A DNA stretch of 64,000 nucleotides from Vulcanimicrobiota bacterium (GCA_963695225.1 OY968762.1:288001-352000), one strand, 5' to 3'. Numbered from the stretch's first letter, positions 31,901 to 42,834 are shown. Notes: a model not told the origin generated them from the sequence alone. Translations and numbers: made by a program.

Positions 31901-32044
31901 CTCTGCGAGCGCAAGAAACGGGCGGGGGAGGCGCTCGCCTACAACGGCCTCGTACAAAGCTGGCCGGAGATCGTTCGCATTGCGCGCGAGGGCGCAAAGC
32001 AACAGCCTGCGCAAGCCGGCTTATTTGAAGAAGCGGAGAGCTGA
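29000..32044 (+). CDS. DUF1156 adenine DNA methyltransferase
   Basis: [26 protein letters not shown] (motif I), TDPPYYD (motif IV). Confidence 0.9.
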   Translation: MIVKTRRKLIEVALPLDAINKACAREKSIRHGHPSTLHLWWARRPLAAARAVIFAQMVDDPSEYVDVLRADPKLHRKAETALKARLKLWEEALSLAKRAEGTGLSVPEPGPAPTLVDMLEDLERQRLFRIIEDLVVWENTTNEMVLQAARDEIWASWRRACAENVDNPRAKELFDRNELPAFHDPFAGGGALPLEAQRLGLESYASDLNPVAVLINKAMIEIPPRFAGKPPVNPESLGEESLISRDWKGAQGLAEDVRYYSRWMRNEAEKRIGHLYPKVEVTAEMAKTRPDLKPYLGQKLTVIAWLWARTVKSPNPAFAHVDVPLASTFMLSTKAGKEAYVEPVIENGGYGFTVKVGKPKDVEAAKIGTKPGSSGGSFLCLMSGTPIPFEYLRSEAKAGRMGARLMAIVAEGNRGRVYLAPTAEAEAIALSAHPTDVPEAELPPKALGFRVQEYGMTRWRDLFTLRQLAALTTFADLVQEAREQVQRDAIAAGLPDDGRPLRDRGAGATAYVDAVAVYLAFALSKVTDLANTIVTWRTDRESSYHLFSRQAIPMSWDYCELNALLKGTGSLIGAADWTAESIEGVAAGYGSPFGDARQHDATRQDTSRGKVVSTDPPYYDNIGYADLSDFFYVWLRRSLRPVFPELFATLAVPKAEELVATPFRHGSKEKAEAFFLHGMTQAMHRLAEQAHAAFPVTIYYAFKQSETQTAEGISSTGWETFLDAVISAGFAITGTWPMRTELGNRMVGSGTNALASSIVLVCRARAADAPSATRREFVAALRAELPVALAHLQRGNIAPVDLAQAAIGPGMSVYTRYIKVLDAEGKPLSVSEALALINQILDEALAEQEGDFDADSRWAITWFEQMGFTEGEYGVAEQLSKSKNTSVVGMVEAGILESKRGKVRLLKPDELSSNLSPAKDSRLSAWAIVHHLVGALASRGESAAAGLVATLGANAEIARELAYRLYTLCERKKRAGEALAYNGLVQSWPEIVRIAREGAKQQPAQAGLFEEAES

Positions 32045-32047
32045 TTC

Positions 32048-35000
32048 ATGGCCGTAACCAACCAAGAGCGCGTAGGCAAGGCGATGGAGCTGCTCCGAGC
32101 GGGGCTCGCACCTTTCGTCGAGCGCGAAGTGCAGTCTGCCATCAAGGCTGGAACCGTTCGCATGGACGCGGTGCGCCGTTTTGCTGAAGACCCGATCCTA
32201 AGCAACAAGCCGATCGAGCAATGGGACGTTGCTGGCCTACTGAAGCTAATGTGGGAAACCTGGAACGACGTATTCAGGCGCACGTTGGGCTTTGCCGAAC
32301 GCAGTTTGGTAAGCGAGTTGCGTGATGTTCGCAACAAATGGGCGCATCAGGAGCCGTTTTCCAGCGATGATACGGACCGCGCCCTCGACTCGATGAATCG
32401 CCTGCTGGCGGCCATCTCCGCGCCACAAGCCGACGAGGTCGGCAAGATGAAGATGGAATTGCGCCGCCTTGTTTTCGACGAGCAGGTACGGTCTGAAAAG
32501 CGCAGGGTCGGGGGCTCGCTGATCGAGCCGGCGTCGGCCGGCAACTTAAGACCGTGGCGCGAAGTCGTAACCCCGCACGCCGACGTTGCCAGTGGTGGAT
32601 ATCAGCAGGCCGAGTTCGCGGCCGACCTCTGGCAAGTACATCTCGGCGAGGGGAGCGACGAATACCGGAAACCAGCCGAGTTCTTCCGTCGTACCTTCTT
32701 GACGGAAAGCCTTGCGCGGCTGCTGGTCGGCGCAGTGCAGCGGCTTTCCGGCCGAGGCGGCGACCCCGTAGTGCAACTCCAAACGAACTTCGGCGGCGGC
32801 AAGACGCACTCAATGCTAGCGCTGTATCACCTCTTTGGCGGCGCTGCGCCGGGCGAAATGCCAGGCATCGACGCGGTGCTCGGCGAGGCGGGCGTAAAGG
32901 CCCTACCCAAAGCCAAGCGAGTCGTGCTTGTTGGCAACAAGATCTCTCCGGGCAATCCCGTCAAGAAACCCGACGGCACGATCGTGCGCACGCTCTGGGG
33001 GGAGCTTGCCTATCAACTGGGCGGCAAAGAGGCTTTCGCGCGAATAGCCAAGGACGACGAGAGCGCGACGAACCCAGGCGACCTGCTGCGCGAATTGTTT
33101 GTAGAGTATGGCCCTTGTCTCGTGCTGGTGGACGAATGGGTCGCCTATGCGCGCCAGCTTCACGATCAAAGTGACCTACCGGCTGGTGGATTCGAGACGC
33201 AGTTCACCTTCGCGCAGGCGCTGACTGAATCGGCGAAGCTTGCCAAGAACTGCCTTCTCGTTATCTCGTTGCCGGCGTCAGATACAACTGGGTCGCCCCA
33301 CACGCAAGCCGACGACGTGGAAGTCGGAGGCGTTCGGGGGCGCGAGGCGCTTGATCGCCTCCGAAACGTCGTGGGACGTGTCGAGGCGTCGTGGCGACCA
33401 GCTACCGCAGAAGAAGGTTTCGAAATCGTCCGGCGCCGCCTGTTCGAGTCGATGGCCGCCGAGATGTTCAAACAGCGCGATCTCACTGCGCGCGCCTTCG
33501 GCGATCTCTATCAAGCGCAGGCTGCGGAGTTTCCGCCGGAATGCCGCAGCGCGGACTACGAGAAACGAATTAAAGCTGCCTATCCCATCCATCCGGAGAT
33601 ATTCGACCGCCTCTACACGGATTGGTCGACGCTCGTAAAGTTTCAGCGCACCCGTGGCGTTCTGCGACTGATGGCCGCCGTGATCCACAGCCTGTGGGAG
33701 AAGGGCGACCGCAGCCCGCTGATTATGCCTTCGACGATTCCGATTGATGATCCACGCATACAGTTCGAGCTCACGAGGTATCTCTCTGATAACTGGGTGC
33801 CGATCATCGAAAAGGACGTTGACGGCCCCAACTCGTTGCCGCTGCGGATCGACGCCGAAGTGCCGAATCTTGGTAAGCTGTCAGCGACGCGACGCGTAGC
33901 GCGCACGATCTACCTCGGCTCCGCACCCACCGCAACCGCAGCCCATCGAGGCCTAGAAGACCGCCGGGTGAAGCTCGGCTGCGTTATGCCGGGAGAACCG
34001 CCGGCGGTTTTCGGTGATGCGTTGCGACGTCTTGCAGCTGCCGCCACTTATCTCTACCAGGATGGCCCACGGGTTTGGTACTCTACGCAGCCGACCGTCA
34101 CGAAGCTGGCGGAAGACCGCGCCGAGCAGTTGAAGCGCGATCCCGACAAAGTTGGCGCTGAGCTCGACCTGCGCGTTCGCAATGATCTGAAGCGAAGCGG
34201 CGACTTTTCACGCATCCACGCTCTTCCGCGATCTGGCGCCGACGTGCCTGACGATCTCGATGCGCGTCTCGTTGTGCTGCCGGCCGAGTTTCCGTACAGT
34301 AAAGATAGTGGGAACTCAGCCGAGTCGGCTGCGAAAGCAGTCCTCGAAGCACGTGGAAACACGCCGCGCCTCTATCAGAACACTCTTGTGTTCCTCGCCG
34401 CCGACAAGGTGCGACTTCAGGACCTCGACGAGGCCTTGCGCAGATTCCTGGCCTGGTCTTCCATCGTGGCCGAGACGGTTACGCTTAATCTCGACCCACA
34501 CCAAGCTCGCCAGGCGGAGGTGCAAAAGAAGACGGCGGATGACACGGTGAACGCACGGTTGCCGGAAACGTATCAGTGGCTCCTTGTGCCCGAGCAATCC
34601 ACACCGCAGTCTCCCGTCACGTGGCAGGCGTTGCGGCTAACGGGCGGCGATGCGCTCGCGGCTCGCGCCAGCAAGAAGGTTCGCAGCGACGAACTGCTGA
34701 TCTCAAGCCTCGGCTCCACAATCCTGCGCAAGCACCTGGATGACGTCCCATTGTGGCGTGGCGACTCCGTGGCAGTTAAGCAACTCGTGGACGATTTCGC
34801 TCGTTACCTGTACCTTCCGCGCCTTGCCGGGCCCGAGGTTCTCGCCCGTGCGATCGCTGATGGCGTTGCCCTTCTCACTTGGCGCACGGATACGTTCGGC
34901 TACGCGGAAAGCTATGTTGACGCAGCCGGGCGATATCGGGGGCTGCGAGGCGGCCTCGCCATGAACATTCTGCCCGACAACCCTGGGGTACTGGTCAAAC

Positions 35001-35371
35001 CGGACATCGCGGCCCGACAGCTGGACGCCGAGACTCCGCGACCCAGCATTTCACCGATAATACCGAAGCCCGAAGGGCCGGTGCCTGGAGGTGCAGCTGA
35101 AGGCGGTGTAGCGACAGAGATCTCCTCGGCCAAGCAGCTCAAGAGATTTCATGGCTCGGTGCAGGTCGATTCCACGCGAGTCGGGCGCGACGCTGGACGA
35201 ATCGCCGACGAGGTTATCGCGCATCTCGTGGGTCAAGTGGGCGCAGAGGTTAAGGTGAGCATCGAAATCGAGGCTTGGCTCCCAAACGGGGCGAGCGATC
35301 ACCTAGTGCGTACCGTTACTGAGAATAGCCGGACTCTTAAGTTTGACGCGCATGGGTTCGAAATTGAATGA
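32048..35371 (+). CDS. DUF499 AAA+ ATPase with N-terminal Swt1-like HEPN domain
   Basis: RNKWAH (Rx4H); PWREVVTPH, EFAADL, FGGGKTH, YPIHPE, FQRTRGVLRL. Confidence 0.88.
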   Translation: MAVTNQERVGKAMELLRAGLAPFVEREVQSAIKAGTVRMDAVRRFAEDPILSNKPIEQWDVAGLLKLMWETWNDVFRRTLGFAERSLVSELRDVRNKWAHQEPFSSDDTDRALDSMNRLLAAISAPQADEVGKMKMELRRLVFDEQVRSEKRRVGGSLIEPASAGNLRPWREVVTPHADVASGGYQQAEFAADLWQVHLGEGSDEYRKPAEFFRRTFLTESLARLLVGAVQRLSGRGGDPVVQLQTNFGGGKTHSMLALYHLFGGAAPGEMPGIDAVLGEAGVKALPKAKRVVLVGNKISPGNPVKKPDGTIVRTLWGELAYQLGGKEAFARIAKDDESATNPGDLLRELFVEYGPCLVLVDEWVAYARQLHDQSDLPAGGFETQFTFAQALTESAKLAKNCLLVISLPASDTTGSPHTQADDVEVGGVRGREALDRLRNVVGRVEASWRPATAEEGFEIVRRRLFESMAAEMFKQRDLTARAFGDLYQAQAAEFPPECRSADYEKRIKAAYPIHPEIFDRLYTDWSTLVKFQRTRGVLRLMAAVIHSLWEKGDRSPLIMPSTIPIDDPRIQFELTRYLSDNWVPIIEKDVDGPNSLPLRIDAEVPNLGKLSATRRVARTIYLGSAPTATAAHRGLEDRRVKLGCVMPGEPPAVFGDALRRLAAAATYLYQDGPRVWYSTQPTVTKLAEDRAEQLKRDPDKVGAELDLRVRNDLKRSGDFSRIHALPRSGADVPDDLDARLVVLPAEFPYSKDSGNSAESAAKAVLEARGNTPRLYQNTLVFLAADKVRLQDLDEALRRFLAWSSIVAETVTLNLDPHQARQAEVQKKTADDTVNARLPETYQWLLVPEQSTPQSPVTWQALRLTGGDALAARASKKVRSDELLISSLGSTILRKHLDDVPLWRGDSVAVKQLVDDFARYLYLPRLAGPEVLARAIADGVALLTWRTDTFGYAESYVDAAGRYRGLRGGLAMNILPDNPGVLVKPDIAARQLDAETPRPSISPIIPKPEGPVPGGAAEGGVATEISSAKQLKRFHGSVQVDSTRVGRDAGRIADEVIAHLVGQVGAEVKVSIEIEAWLPNGASDHLVRTVTENSRTLKFDAHGFEIE

Positions 35372-35753
35372 GGGCTCTAACAAGCGCTGGCTGCGACCGC
35401 ACTACGGCGCGACGGGGCTTCCCGTTGCCATTCGCAAACGCCTTAGCCGCTGCATAGAACTTGCCGTTTTTGGTCGGTGCGCCCGAAGGAAGATGCTTTG
35501 CTTGGTCCACGGACTTCGGATCGACACCGACGCTTCCCGGCACATCGTGTCCGTGGTGAATGATTGTGCTGCCGTCGTCGAGTGCTTCATCCTCGTCCGG
35601 CGCATTGTTCCGAAGGGACATTAGGATGACGGAATGCCTACCCAGGACCTGGTAGTTCATCCCTCGCTGAAGATTCAGCCCTTCACGACTGCACAATTCG
35701 GAATGCGAAATGAGATCAAGGAAATCCATCGAGCCCCTCGTTTGCTCATTCAT
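35337..35753 (-). pseudogene. Truncated, degenerate N-terminal domain of an HNH-type restriction endonuclease
   Basis: LQRGMNY, SVILMS, GHDVP, PKSVDQ, NGKF resemble the SRA-like N-terminus of such nucleases; no HNH domain follows and the ORF runs into the DUF499 gene end. Confidence 0.5.
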
Positions 35754-35842
35754 CGTTGCCTACGTCTGGTTTTCGTGTAACCGTATGCCAAGCTATCGCC
35801 AAAAGCAACTCAGGTTCACTGTGGTTGAGGATCTTAAGGTGC

Positions 35843-36466
35843 TCACGCCGGCATTCTACTTTGCTCACGATAGTTCGGGCAATCGAGCAGTCTCAGGAAG
35901 CGGCGAAATGATCTGGAGTTTCGTGCCATGGTCAGCGGATCAGCTATCTTAAGAAGTCTCGCAGCGTCAGCGACCTTATCGTACTGCCGGTTCTGATTCC
36001 TTGCGCTTGCTGCAGCCTTTAGCACCCGAGTTGCGTCTGCGTTATCAGCGCTGCCCGTTAGCGTTCTAATTGCTGCTTTGGAGAGCGGTCCCAGCACCTG
36101 CTGTAGCGCCTCTGGATCGGCGGCAAGCCAATTCTCAAACTGGTTCACCTTAATAACGGCGCTAACGGAGCACGGTAGCGAGAATGTGAGGCCCTCGAGT
36201 CTCGCTGTGAGTTCTGCAGCCCACGCGACGCAGCAGCAATCGCGACCATCCAGGTCGAGAAGAACGATAACGTGGCGAGCACCCTTACGCAGAAGCGAAT
36301 CCTGCACCGTCTTCCGCACACGGGCGGCCAATTGGCCGGCTGGTGCATGTGGCTGCAGGTCGGCCTTTGCAATCCCGACGAGCTGATGAGGCACTTTGAT
36401 TCGAGGGACAAGAAGAGGAAGCGCGTGATATTCCGATACACCGTCCACGATTAGCCCTGTGCCCAT
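35843..36466 (-). CDS. DUF4276-like (TOPRIM-type) protein
   Basis: GLIVDGVSE, VLLDLD, FENWLAAD, NSRSFRRF; 1 nt from the ATPase stop. Confidence 0.7.
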   Translation of the reverse strand: MGTGLIVDGVSEYHALPLLVPRIKVPHQLVGIAKADLQPHAPAGQLAARVRKTVQDSLLRKGARHVIVLLDLDGRDCCCVAWAAELTARLEGLTFSLPCSVSAVIKVNQFENWLAADPEALQQVLGPLSKAAIRTLTGSADNADATRVLKAAASARNQNRQYDKVADAARLLKIADPLTMARNSRSFRRFLRLLDCPNYREQSRMPA

Positions 36467-36467
36467 T

Positions 36468-37778
36468 CTATTGAGAATCCTTCTCCAAGAGCTCTGGCTG
36501 CGGCGGAACTGCGACACCTAGGACACCGCTGTCTAGGAATCCAAATGTGGTCGCCTCGCCATTCGCCCAGGCTGGCAAAAAGCTAGGATCTAACTCGTTC
36601 AGCGGCTTAATGTTGGTTTCGCCGGATGACCGCCAGATGATCATGACGTTTGCCGGGTCGACGTGGTCAATAACTATGGGTGAGTGGGTTGTTAAGATCA
36701 CCTGCTTCATCTTAGAGACGCGAGTACACGCGTCGACAAGGACACGAACTATCCAAGGATGCACAGAATTCTCTGGCTCCTCTAAGAAAATCACACTCGA
36801 GCCGGGATCAAACATTGCTACAAAGAGGGCCAGAGCTTGCACGGTGCCGTCAGAGATTTCGTCGACTGACCATGGCCTGCCAACGTTTCGCTCGTGAAAT
36901 GAGAGGCCGAGCCGGCGAGACGGAGTGTAAGATACCTCGATCTCGTCAAGACTCGGTAGAATTGCTTGCATTAGGCTCACGATCTCACGCCACGCAGCCT
37001 TATGTCTCTTCTGCAGCGTGTCGATGACAGCCGGAAGGTTTCCGCCATGTTTGCTAAGTTGAGGCTTCGGCCCCGGAACACCCTCATCACGCGAGATGTT
37101 CGGGTGAATTTGGAAGACTCTAATTTCGCCCATTACATTAGAGAAAGCAATCAGCGGCAGCGCGAAGCGACCGAGCGTTGTAATGAACAGCTCGGAACTG
37201 TTGAGAATACGGTCCGAGCGAGATGCAAAGTACTGGACATCTTGCACGTCAAGAAGCTGAGATCGTACGACGCGATCCGGCCGCTTCTTGATATCCGGCC
37301 GTTTTTTGATATAGTCGATAACGATCTTATCCTCAGAGCGATGTGCTCTAAGAAGGGGCGTATTCTTCTCTTCGAACTCATGTGAGATTTCAAGACTCTC
37401 GCTAACCACGTAGTATTCGGCTCGAATTGCAGCTCCCTTAGCAAGAAAGCTAAAGGAATGAACTATTGTAACCCAATCGCCGTTATCGGGTCGAATTGCC
37501 CGGGGAATATCATTCGATTCGAGGCGTACAGAGACGGTGAATTCAATTGGCCGCTTGGTGCGCCTCATTTTGCGGTGCGCGATGTTCTCGTAGCCACCCT
37601 TCGACGCTACGGCGATTTCGAGTCCGAAGCGATAGACGACCGCAAGAAACTCAAAGCAGTCACTTAAGTTCGTCTTGCCAGATGCATTTGGCCCTGCAAA
37701 GACTGTGAACTGCTTTGGCGAGAACTCGACGTCTCGTAAGGATTTATAGTTGCTGATCTTAAGGTGCTGAAGTTGAAT
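36468..37778 (-). CDS. ABC-type (AAA_21-like) ATPase, probable ATT/ATC start
   Basis: Frame extends upstream of the track ORF: IQLQHLKISNYKSLRDV...GPNASGKT; ISDGT signature, LEEPENSVHP, TTHSP. Confidence 0.85.
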   Translation of the reverse strand: MQLQHLKISNYKSLRDVEFSPKQFTVFAGPNASGKTNLSDCFEFLAVVYRFGLEIAVASKGGYENIAHRKMRRTKRPIEFTVSVRLESNDIPRAIRPDNGDWVTIVHSFSFLAKGAAIRAEYYVVSESLEISHEFEEKNTPLLRAHRSEDKIVIDYIKKRPDIKKRPDRVVRSQLLDVQDVQYFASRSDRILNSSELFITTLGRFALPLIAFSNVMGEIRVFQIHPNISRDEGVPGPKPQLSKHGGNLPAVIDTLQKRHKAAWREIVSLMQAILPSLDEIEVSYTPSRRLGLSFHERNVGRPWSVDEISDGTVQALALFVAMFDPGSSVIFLEEPENSVHPWIVRVLVDACTRVSKMKQVILTTHSPIVIDHVDPANVMIIWRSSGETNIKPLNELDPSFLPAWANGEATTFGFLDSGVLGVAVPPQPELLEKDSQ

Positions 37779-38195
37779 GATAGCCTCACTTCAAGCCGGT
37801 CTTAGGCTCAGAGGAGCTCTGGCATGTTGCTTTTGGAAACGTGAGGGAAACGCCGCGAGTGTGAGTATCTGCGCTTCTGCGCGAGTTATCGCAGATCTGC
37901 CGTTCAATCCTGCGCTGGCCGGGTCGCTAATGCCGTGTTGGCGACGTAGATTGACCCGACATGTCGCCGCGCAACGCTCAGCGGATCGGTGACCCCCGTC
38001 TTAAGCGCGCCTTCTCAAGCCCCCGCACCCGTGCGCTCGCAAGCACTTTCTTGAGAACGCCGTCGAGCAGGGCCCGTGTGGTCGTGTGGTGAGTCCCTCG
38101 ATCCACACCGCGGGGAAGGCCCCAACTCAAGAGCGTGCGCCGGTGATCGATGCCCGGCAGTCGTCGAAGCACTCTACGCGTCGGCGAATCTTAGG

Positions 38196-40074
38196 CTAGT
38201 CCGCGTTGCACTTCAGAGGAATGTCCAGCCGAAGCTGCCGGCATCCGGCGGAGATTAGCGCATGGTAGGTAGCGTCGAGATCGGCTAGCGGCGGGACGAA
38301 GATCATCATCCCGTCGCGCCCACGCGTCATGAGGACGCGGTAGCTATTGAGCCTTAGCTGTCGAGCGTCGTGGGCCTTGCTCCGAACGACGGATGTGGCC
38401 CATTCTCTGCCGTTCCACACGAGGTCGGTATCCCAGCCAACGATTGGGAAATCGAGCTCGAGGCCTTGGCACGAGAACTCCGTCGCGACTTCGAGCATCT
38501 GGCAGCACGATTTCAGCGACGACGCGGGTTCGTTATACCAGGGACCGGGACGGAAGCCGCGAGTCGCTTGGAACGATGTGTTCATTCCGAAGAGCGGGAG
38601 ATGCTTCGCCTTCGATGAGCCGAGAAGCCCGAAGCGCCTTTCTTCCTCGCCCTCGTAACGAGCGCGAACGTAGCGCTTCGCTTCCTCAAGATCGCGTGTG
38701 ACATAGAGATCGAATGACGCGCGCTGCATCGAATCGGCGATGGACGCCGCCTCCGAGAGCTGCCCGTCGAGAACATGCTTCACCCAGTCGTGAAGGCCGC
38801 CGGCGGCATGCGATCGCAGCGTCACCTTGAGCTCGAGCGCATCGTCGACGACGACCTTCTGACCACCAAACACGGAAGCCACGTGCTGGGGGCAATGGAT
38901 CGTCCAATCGCCGCCGCTTGCCTTTATGGCGTCGCTCCAGAGCCGAAGGCCGCCCTCCTCGCCCAAGTGGATCTCCTGGCCCTCGCCGATCAGGCCGACG
39001 AGCATCGCCCAATCCGGCGTCCTCATGCCCAGCTTCACGAAGTCCTCGGGCTCCGAGAGTGGGTGCCCCCGTTTGCCCATCACGCGCTCGCTATCCCAGG
39101 CGCGCTGTGCCTCATCGTAGACCCAGATGTGTTCGGTCGGCAGCTTCTTTGAGGCGCCGCCGTAGCGAACGAGAAAACCATGCACGTCTTGAACGAAGAT
39201 CCGATTCTTGAGGGCGTGTTGGAGGACGTCGACCAGCGGGCCGTTGCCGGAGAGAAACACTGCCGGGCCGTTCCGCTTCGTCGTCCGAGAAGCGCGTCAA
39301 GTACACGAACTGAAGGCCAACGAGCGTCTTCCCGGCGCCGGGTACGCCGGTGACGAGCGCGAGGTGACGCTCCCCGTTCCTCTGCGCTTGGCCGGCGATG
39401 CGCTGAAGCGACTCCAGTGCCTCTGGGATTCCGGCACTCGACGCCCGGCGGATCTGCGGCAGTGCCTCATGTTCAAATATCCGGCGAGCAGCGGCGACCA
39501 ATGCCGGCAGAGGCTCGTAGTCGGCTTCGACCCATTGCGAAATGCTTGCCCGCGCGAGTTCGTGATTGTCCGGCACGGACTGAAGATACGAGGCGAGGGT
39601 CTTGCCTCCAAGGATGGTGACGTTATCGACATCCTGTGCGGGCAGGGACGCATCGTCGAGGGCCAGGATCGGCCGGACGTCGAGCTCGTGCGATCCGGCA
39701 TGATATTCGCGGAGATCGCGCGCATACGCGTCGACTTGATCGACGTCGCTCTGCTCGGCGTACTGCCGCCCTTTGAACTCGATCACATGCGCCGCCGGCC
39801 CCGTCAGGAGGACAACGTCCGGCCGCCGCCCGCGTTCCCGTGGTAGTTCGTACTCGAAAACGAGCCCCCAGTGCCGCACGCCCGGCCGTTGTTCGACGAG
39901 CTCATGGCATTCGCGCTTGAGGACCCTGATAGAATCGGCCCACGCCCGGATCTGCCCATCGCCGAGCGGCAGATTGAGATCGTGAATCAGCGCCGAGAAG
40001 TCCTTTTGCAAAGTAGCCGGCGTCTCTGCCAGGAACTCATCGATCGTACCGTACCAGCCGCAACCGTTATTGAT
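38196..40074 (-). pseudogene. DUF2075 (Schlafen group 3-like) nuclease-helicase with +1 frameshift near 39266
   Basis: N part: RRPDVVLL..IEFKG, GVPGAGKT; C part: VFLSGNGPL, YDEAQR, TEFSCQGLELD, NSYRVLMTRGRDG; deleting one C joins them (ERPAVFLSG). Confidence 0.8.
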
Positions 40075-40113
40075 TTTGAGTCGACTCCTTAGAAGTTCGA
40101 TAAGATAACGGGT

Positions 40114-42834
40114 CTACCGCGCCGCAAGCTCAGCACCGCTTACGGGGATCATCGGCGCGTTCGCGCCCGCATAGTCCTCCGGCCGGCACGTGAAGATGAC
40201 GATCTGAGCCTGTTCCGCTAGCTCGCGAAGGACCAGGAGCAGCCGCCTGCGGCGCACTTCGTCCGCATGGACGAGCGGGTCGTCGAGGAGCACCGGCATT
40301 CGGCCGAGGCGGTCCGGCGCCGTTAGCAGCGATGCGTAGCCGAGGCGGACCAAGAGCCCGAGCTGGTCGATCGCCCCGAACGAAAGCTCCGTCACGTCGA
40401 TCGGGTGGTGCACGCCGTCGACCTGCAACTGCTCCATCGCGTGATGCTCGCTGATCTGTAGCCCTTCAAGCCTGCGGCCAAAGATGCGCTCGTACCAGGG
40501 ACCGACGCGCGCCAGTACGGGCGCCGCGTAAGCTGCGACGCGCTGATCGTCCGCCGTTTTCACGAGTACGTAGAGCCGCTTGAGGGCCCGTTCCTCCTTC
40601 TGCGCTCGCTCGAGATCACGCCGCACGCGTTCGCGCTGCTCCTCGTACTCGCTCAATTCCGCGCCCGGCGCAGCGTTGCGCTTTGCTTCGAGGCTCGCCC
40701 GGAGCCGCGCGCATTCGCCTTCGGCCTCCCGCGCGAGCTTCGCGAGCGTCTCGGCCTGCGCTTCGACCTCTTCGAGCGCGGCCGCCGGATCGGCGAGTTC
40801 GGCATACGGCGCATAGGCGGCGACTGCCGCCTCCAGCGCTAGCGTCGCAGTCTGATCCTTCTGGTAGGCATCGCTCAACTGAGCGGCGCGCTGCTCGTCG
40901 CTCTCGTTTGCGAGCAGCCGCTTGAGCGTTTCTCGCAGCGGCGTGAGCTTCTGCTCCCGCAGTTGGGCGTATGCCGCCTTGTCATCGTCCGATCGCTTGC
41001 GAGCCACCGATAGCACAAGTGCGCTTCGCTCGAACTCTGCGCGCGCGGCCTCGCGTTTTGCTTCGTTTGCCTGCTCCCTCTCGGAGATCCGCACGCTCAG
41101 CGCGTCGCGGTCGTCATCCGCTCCCGCCTCCGCGAGCAGCGCGTCGATCGTCGTAATCCGAGAGGCGATCGCGCGGGGGTCCGCTCCGCTGAGCCGGTCC
41201 GATCGGGCAGCCTTCAGCTCCTCGATCTCTCGTCTCAACACCGCAGCGCGCTCACGGGCGACGCGCAGTTCGCTGGTGTCGGCAGTCCCGGCGGCCGCCT
41301 CGATCGCGGCGATCCGCTGGTTCGCTTTCGAGAGTTGACTCTGCGCAGCGGCGAGGTCTGCCACGGGCCCGCGGACCTCGATCGCGCCGACGCCCTCGAT
41401 CTCGAGGCGGATCGGGCCGTCTCCGATAAAGCGGGCGGGCTCGCCGGCCGGCGCCGTCTCCTCCCGTTCGATCCCGGCCGCCGTCCAGCGAATCGGAAAC
41501 GCTCGCTCGGGCGTGAAGGTGACGCTCGTGCGCGCCGCCTCCAGTTGCGCTGTGAGGTCCCGGCTGCGTTTGATGAGGCCTTCGAGTTCAGAAATCGTCG
41601 CGTCGTCGATCTCGGGCAGCGCGCCGAGTTCCTCGGCCTTGCTCGCGATGTTCCCGTCGTAAGCCGCGACGTCGAGTTGCTGCCGCGCGAGCTTCTCGCG
41701 CTCCCCGCGCAGCCGTTCGGCGCGATTCGCCTCTTCGAGCCGGCGGCGCCACGCGGCAAGCTCGGTATCTTCGGAGGTCGCCTCGTTCAGCGTGAGCTGC
41801 GCGGCGTCGTGCGCGGCTGTGGCTTCGCGCAATGCCGCTTCGCTCTCGGCCAGCGCCGCCGCGAGTTTGCGTTCGTTGCCTTCCTCCGCGGCGAGCAGCT
41901 CCTGCGTCTCGCCGATTGCGCGCTTGCGCTCGACCGCCTCCGCGTACGCCTTTGCAGCCGCATTGTGTGCCGCCCGCGCGCTGTCGAGCGCGCCTTTCAG
42001 CTTAACGGCGTCCCTGAAGCGCGGACGTTCTGCCTGCACGCGCGCCTGCGCCTCAGCCGCCGCCGCGCTGCGCGCGTCGCTCGAGTCCTCGGCATCGCGC
42101 AGGGCGACCGCAAGCGCTTCCAGCTCGCTGACGCCCGCGGCGCGGCATCTGATCTCCTCATCCAGCTGCCTGAGTTCCTCGGCTAGCGCTGGGCTCGGCG
42201 CGGTTTTCCGCGGTTGGCCGTCGCCTTTGAAGGTCGCGTCATACGCCTTCTTGATCCGCTGCGCGATCTGCGCTTCGCGTTCCGTCTGTCCGGCGGCGCC
42301 GATCGCCTGGCTCAGGCGCGCTTGCGCGCTAGAGTTCAGTGCGAGGTCTTTCTCGTCTCCGAGAATCGGGATCCGCCCCTGCGGCGCGAATAGCAACTGC
42401 GCGAGCCCCAAGTGCCGCCCCTGGAAGCCGCTGAAGGCGCCTTTCCCGGGCGGATCGCCCTCGAAGATCTTGGTGACGAAATCGTCCGCGTCGGCGCCCA
42501 TGAAGGGCGTCGCTTTCCCGGCGGTGTCGAGCGTCGAGAGCTGCGTGCCGCCGCGCGGTCCCCACCATTTTTCGAGGCGGTACTCGACGCCGCCGTGCGC
42601 GAAATCGACGATGACCGTCGGCGCAAGGCCGCTCGTATCCCACGGGGCGAGCGTCTCGATATCCGCGCCGCCCGCGCCCGAGCGGCGGAAGAACGCGTAC
42701 TGCAGCGCCTGGAAGAGCGTCGATTTGCCGGCCTCGTTCGGGCCGTGCACGATCGTCATCCGCTCGTCCAGCGTGAACTCGACGGGGCGGTTGTGGCGGC
42801 GGAAGTGCTTCAGTTCGACGCGTCGCAGAATCAT
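40114..42834 (-). CDS. Rad50/SbcC-like (YhaN-type) coiled-coil ATPase
   Basis: MILRRVELKHF, GPNEAGKST, long coiled coil, LSFGAIDQ, LLDDPLVHAD, FTCR. Confidence 0.88.
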   Translation of the reverse strand: MILRRVELKHFRRHNRPVEFTLDERMTIVHGPNEAGKSTLFQALQYAFFRRSGAGGADIETLAPWDTSGLAPTVIVDFAHGGVEYRLEKWWGPRGGTQLSTLDTAGKATPFMGADADDFVTKIFEGDPPGKGAFSGFQGRHLGLAQLLFAPQGRIPILGDEKDLALNSSAQARLSQAIGAAGQTEREAQIAQRIKKAYDATFKGDGQPRKTAPSPALAEELRQLDEEIRCRAAGVSELEALAVALRDAEDSSDARSAAAAEAQARVQAERPRFRDAVKLKGALDSARAAHNAAAKAYAEAVERKRAIGETQELLAAEEGNERKLAAALAESEAALREATAAHDAAQLTLNEATSEDTELAAWRRRLEEANRAERLRGEREKLARQQLDVAAYDGNIASKAEELGALPEIDDATISELEGLIKRSRDLTAQLEAARTSVTFTPERAFPIRWTAAGIEREETAPAGEPARFIGDGPIRLEIEGVGAIEVRGPVADLAAAQSQLSKANQRIAAIEAAAGTADTSELRVARERAAVLRREIEELKAARSDRLSGADPRAIASRITTIDALLAEAGADDDRDALSVRISEREQANEAKREAARAEFERSALVLSVARKRSDDDKAAYAQLREQKLTPLRETLKRLLANESDEQRAAQLSDAYQKDQTATLALEAAVAAYAPYAELADPAAALEEVEAQAETLAKLAREAEGECARLRASLEAKRNAAPGAELSEYEEQRERVRRDLERAQKEERALKRLYVLVKTADDQRVAAYAAPVLARVGPWYERIFGRRLEGLQISEHHAMEQLQVDGVHHPIDVTELSFGAIDQLGLLVRLGYASLLTAPDRLGRMPVLLDDPLVHADEVRRRRLLLVLRELAEQAQIVIFTCRPEDYAGANAPMIPVSGAELAAR

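Noticed and set aside
25387..35371. Calling the operon BREX or DISARM
   Set aside because: No pglZ, brxC/pglY, drmA/drmB or DUF1998 genes recognised
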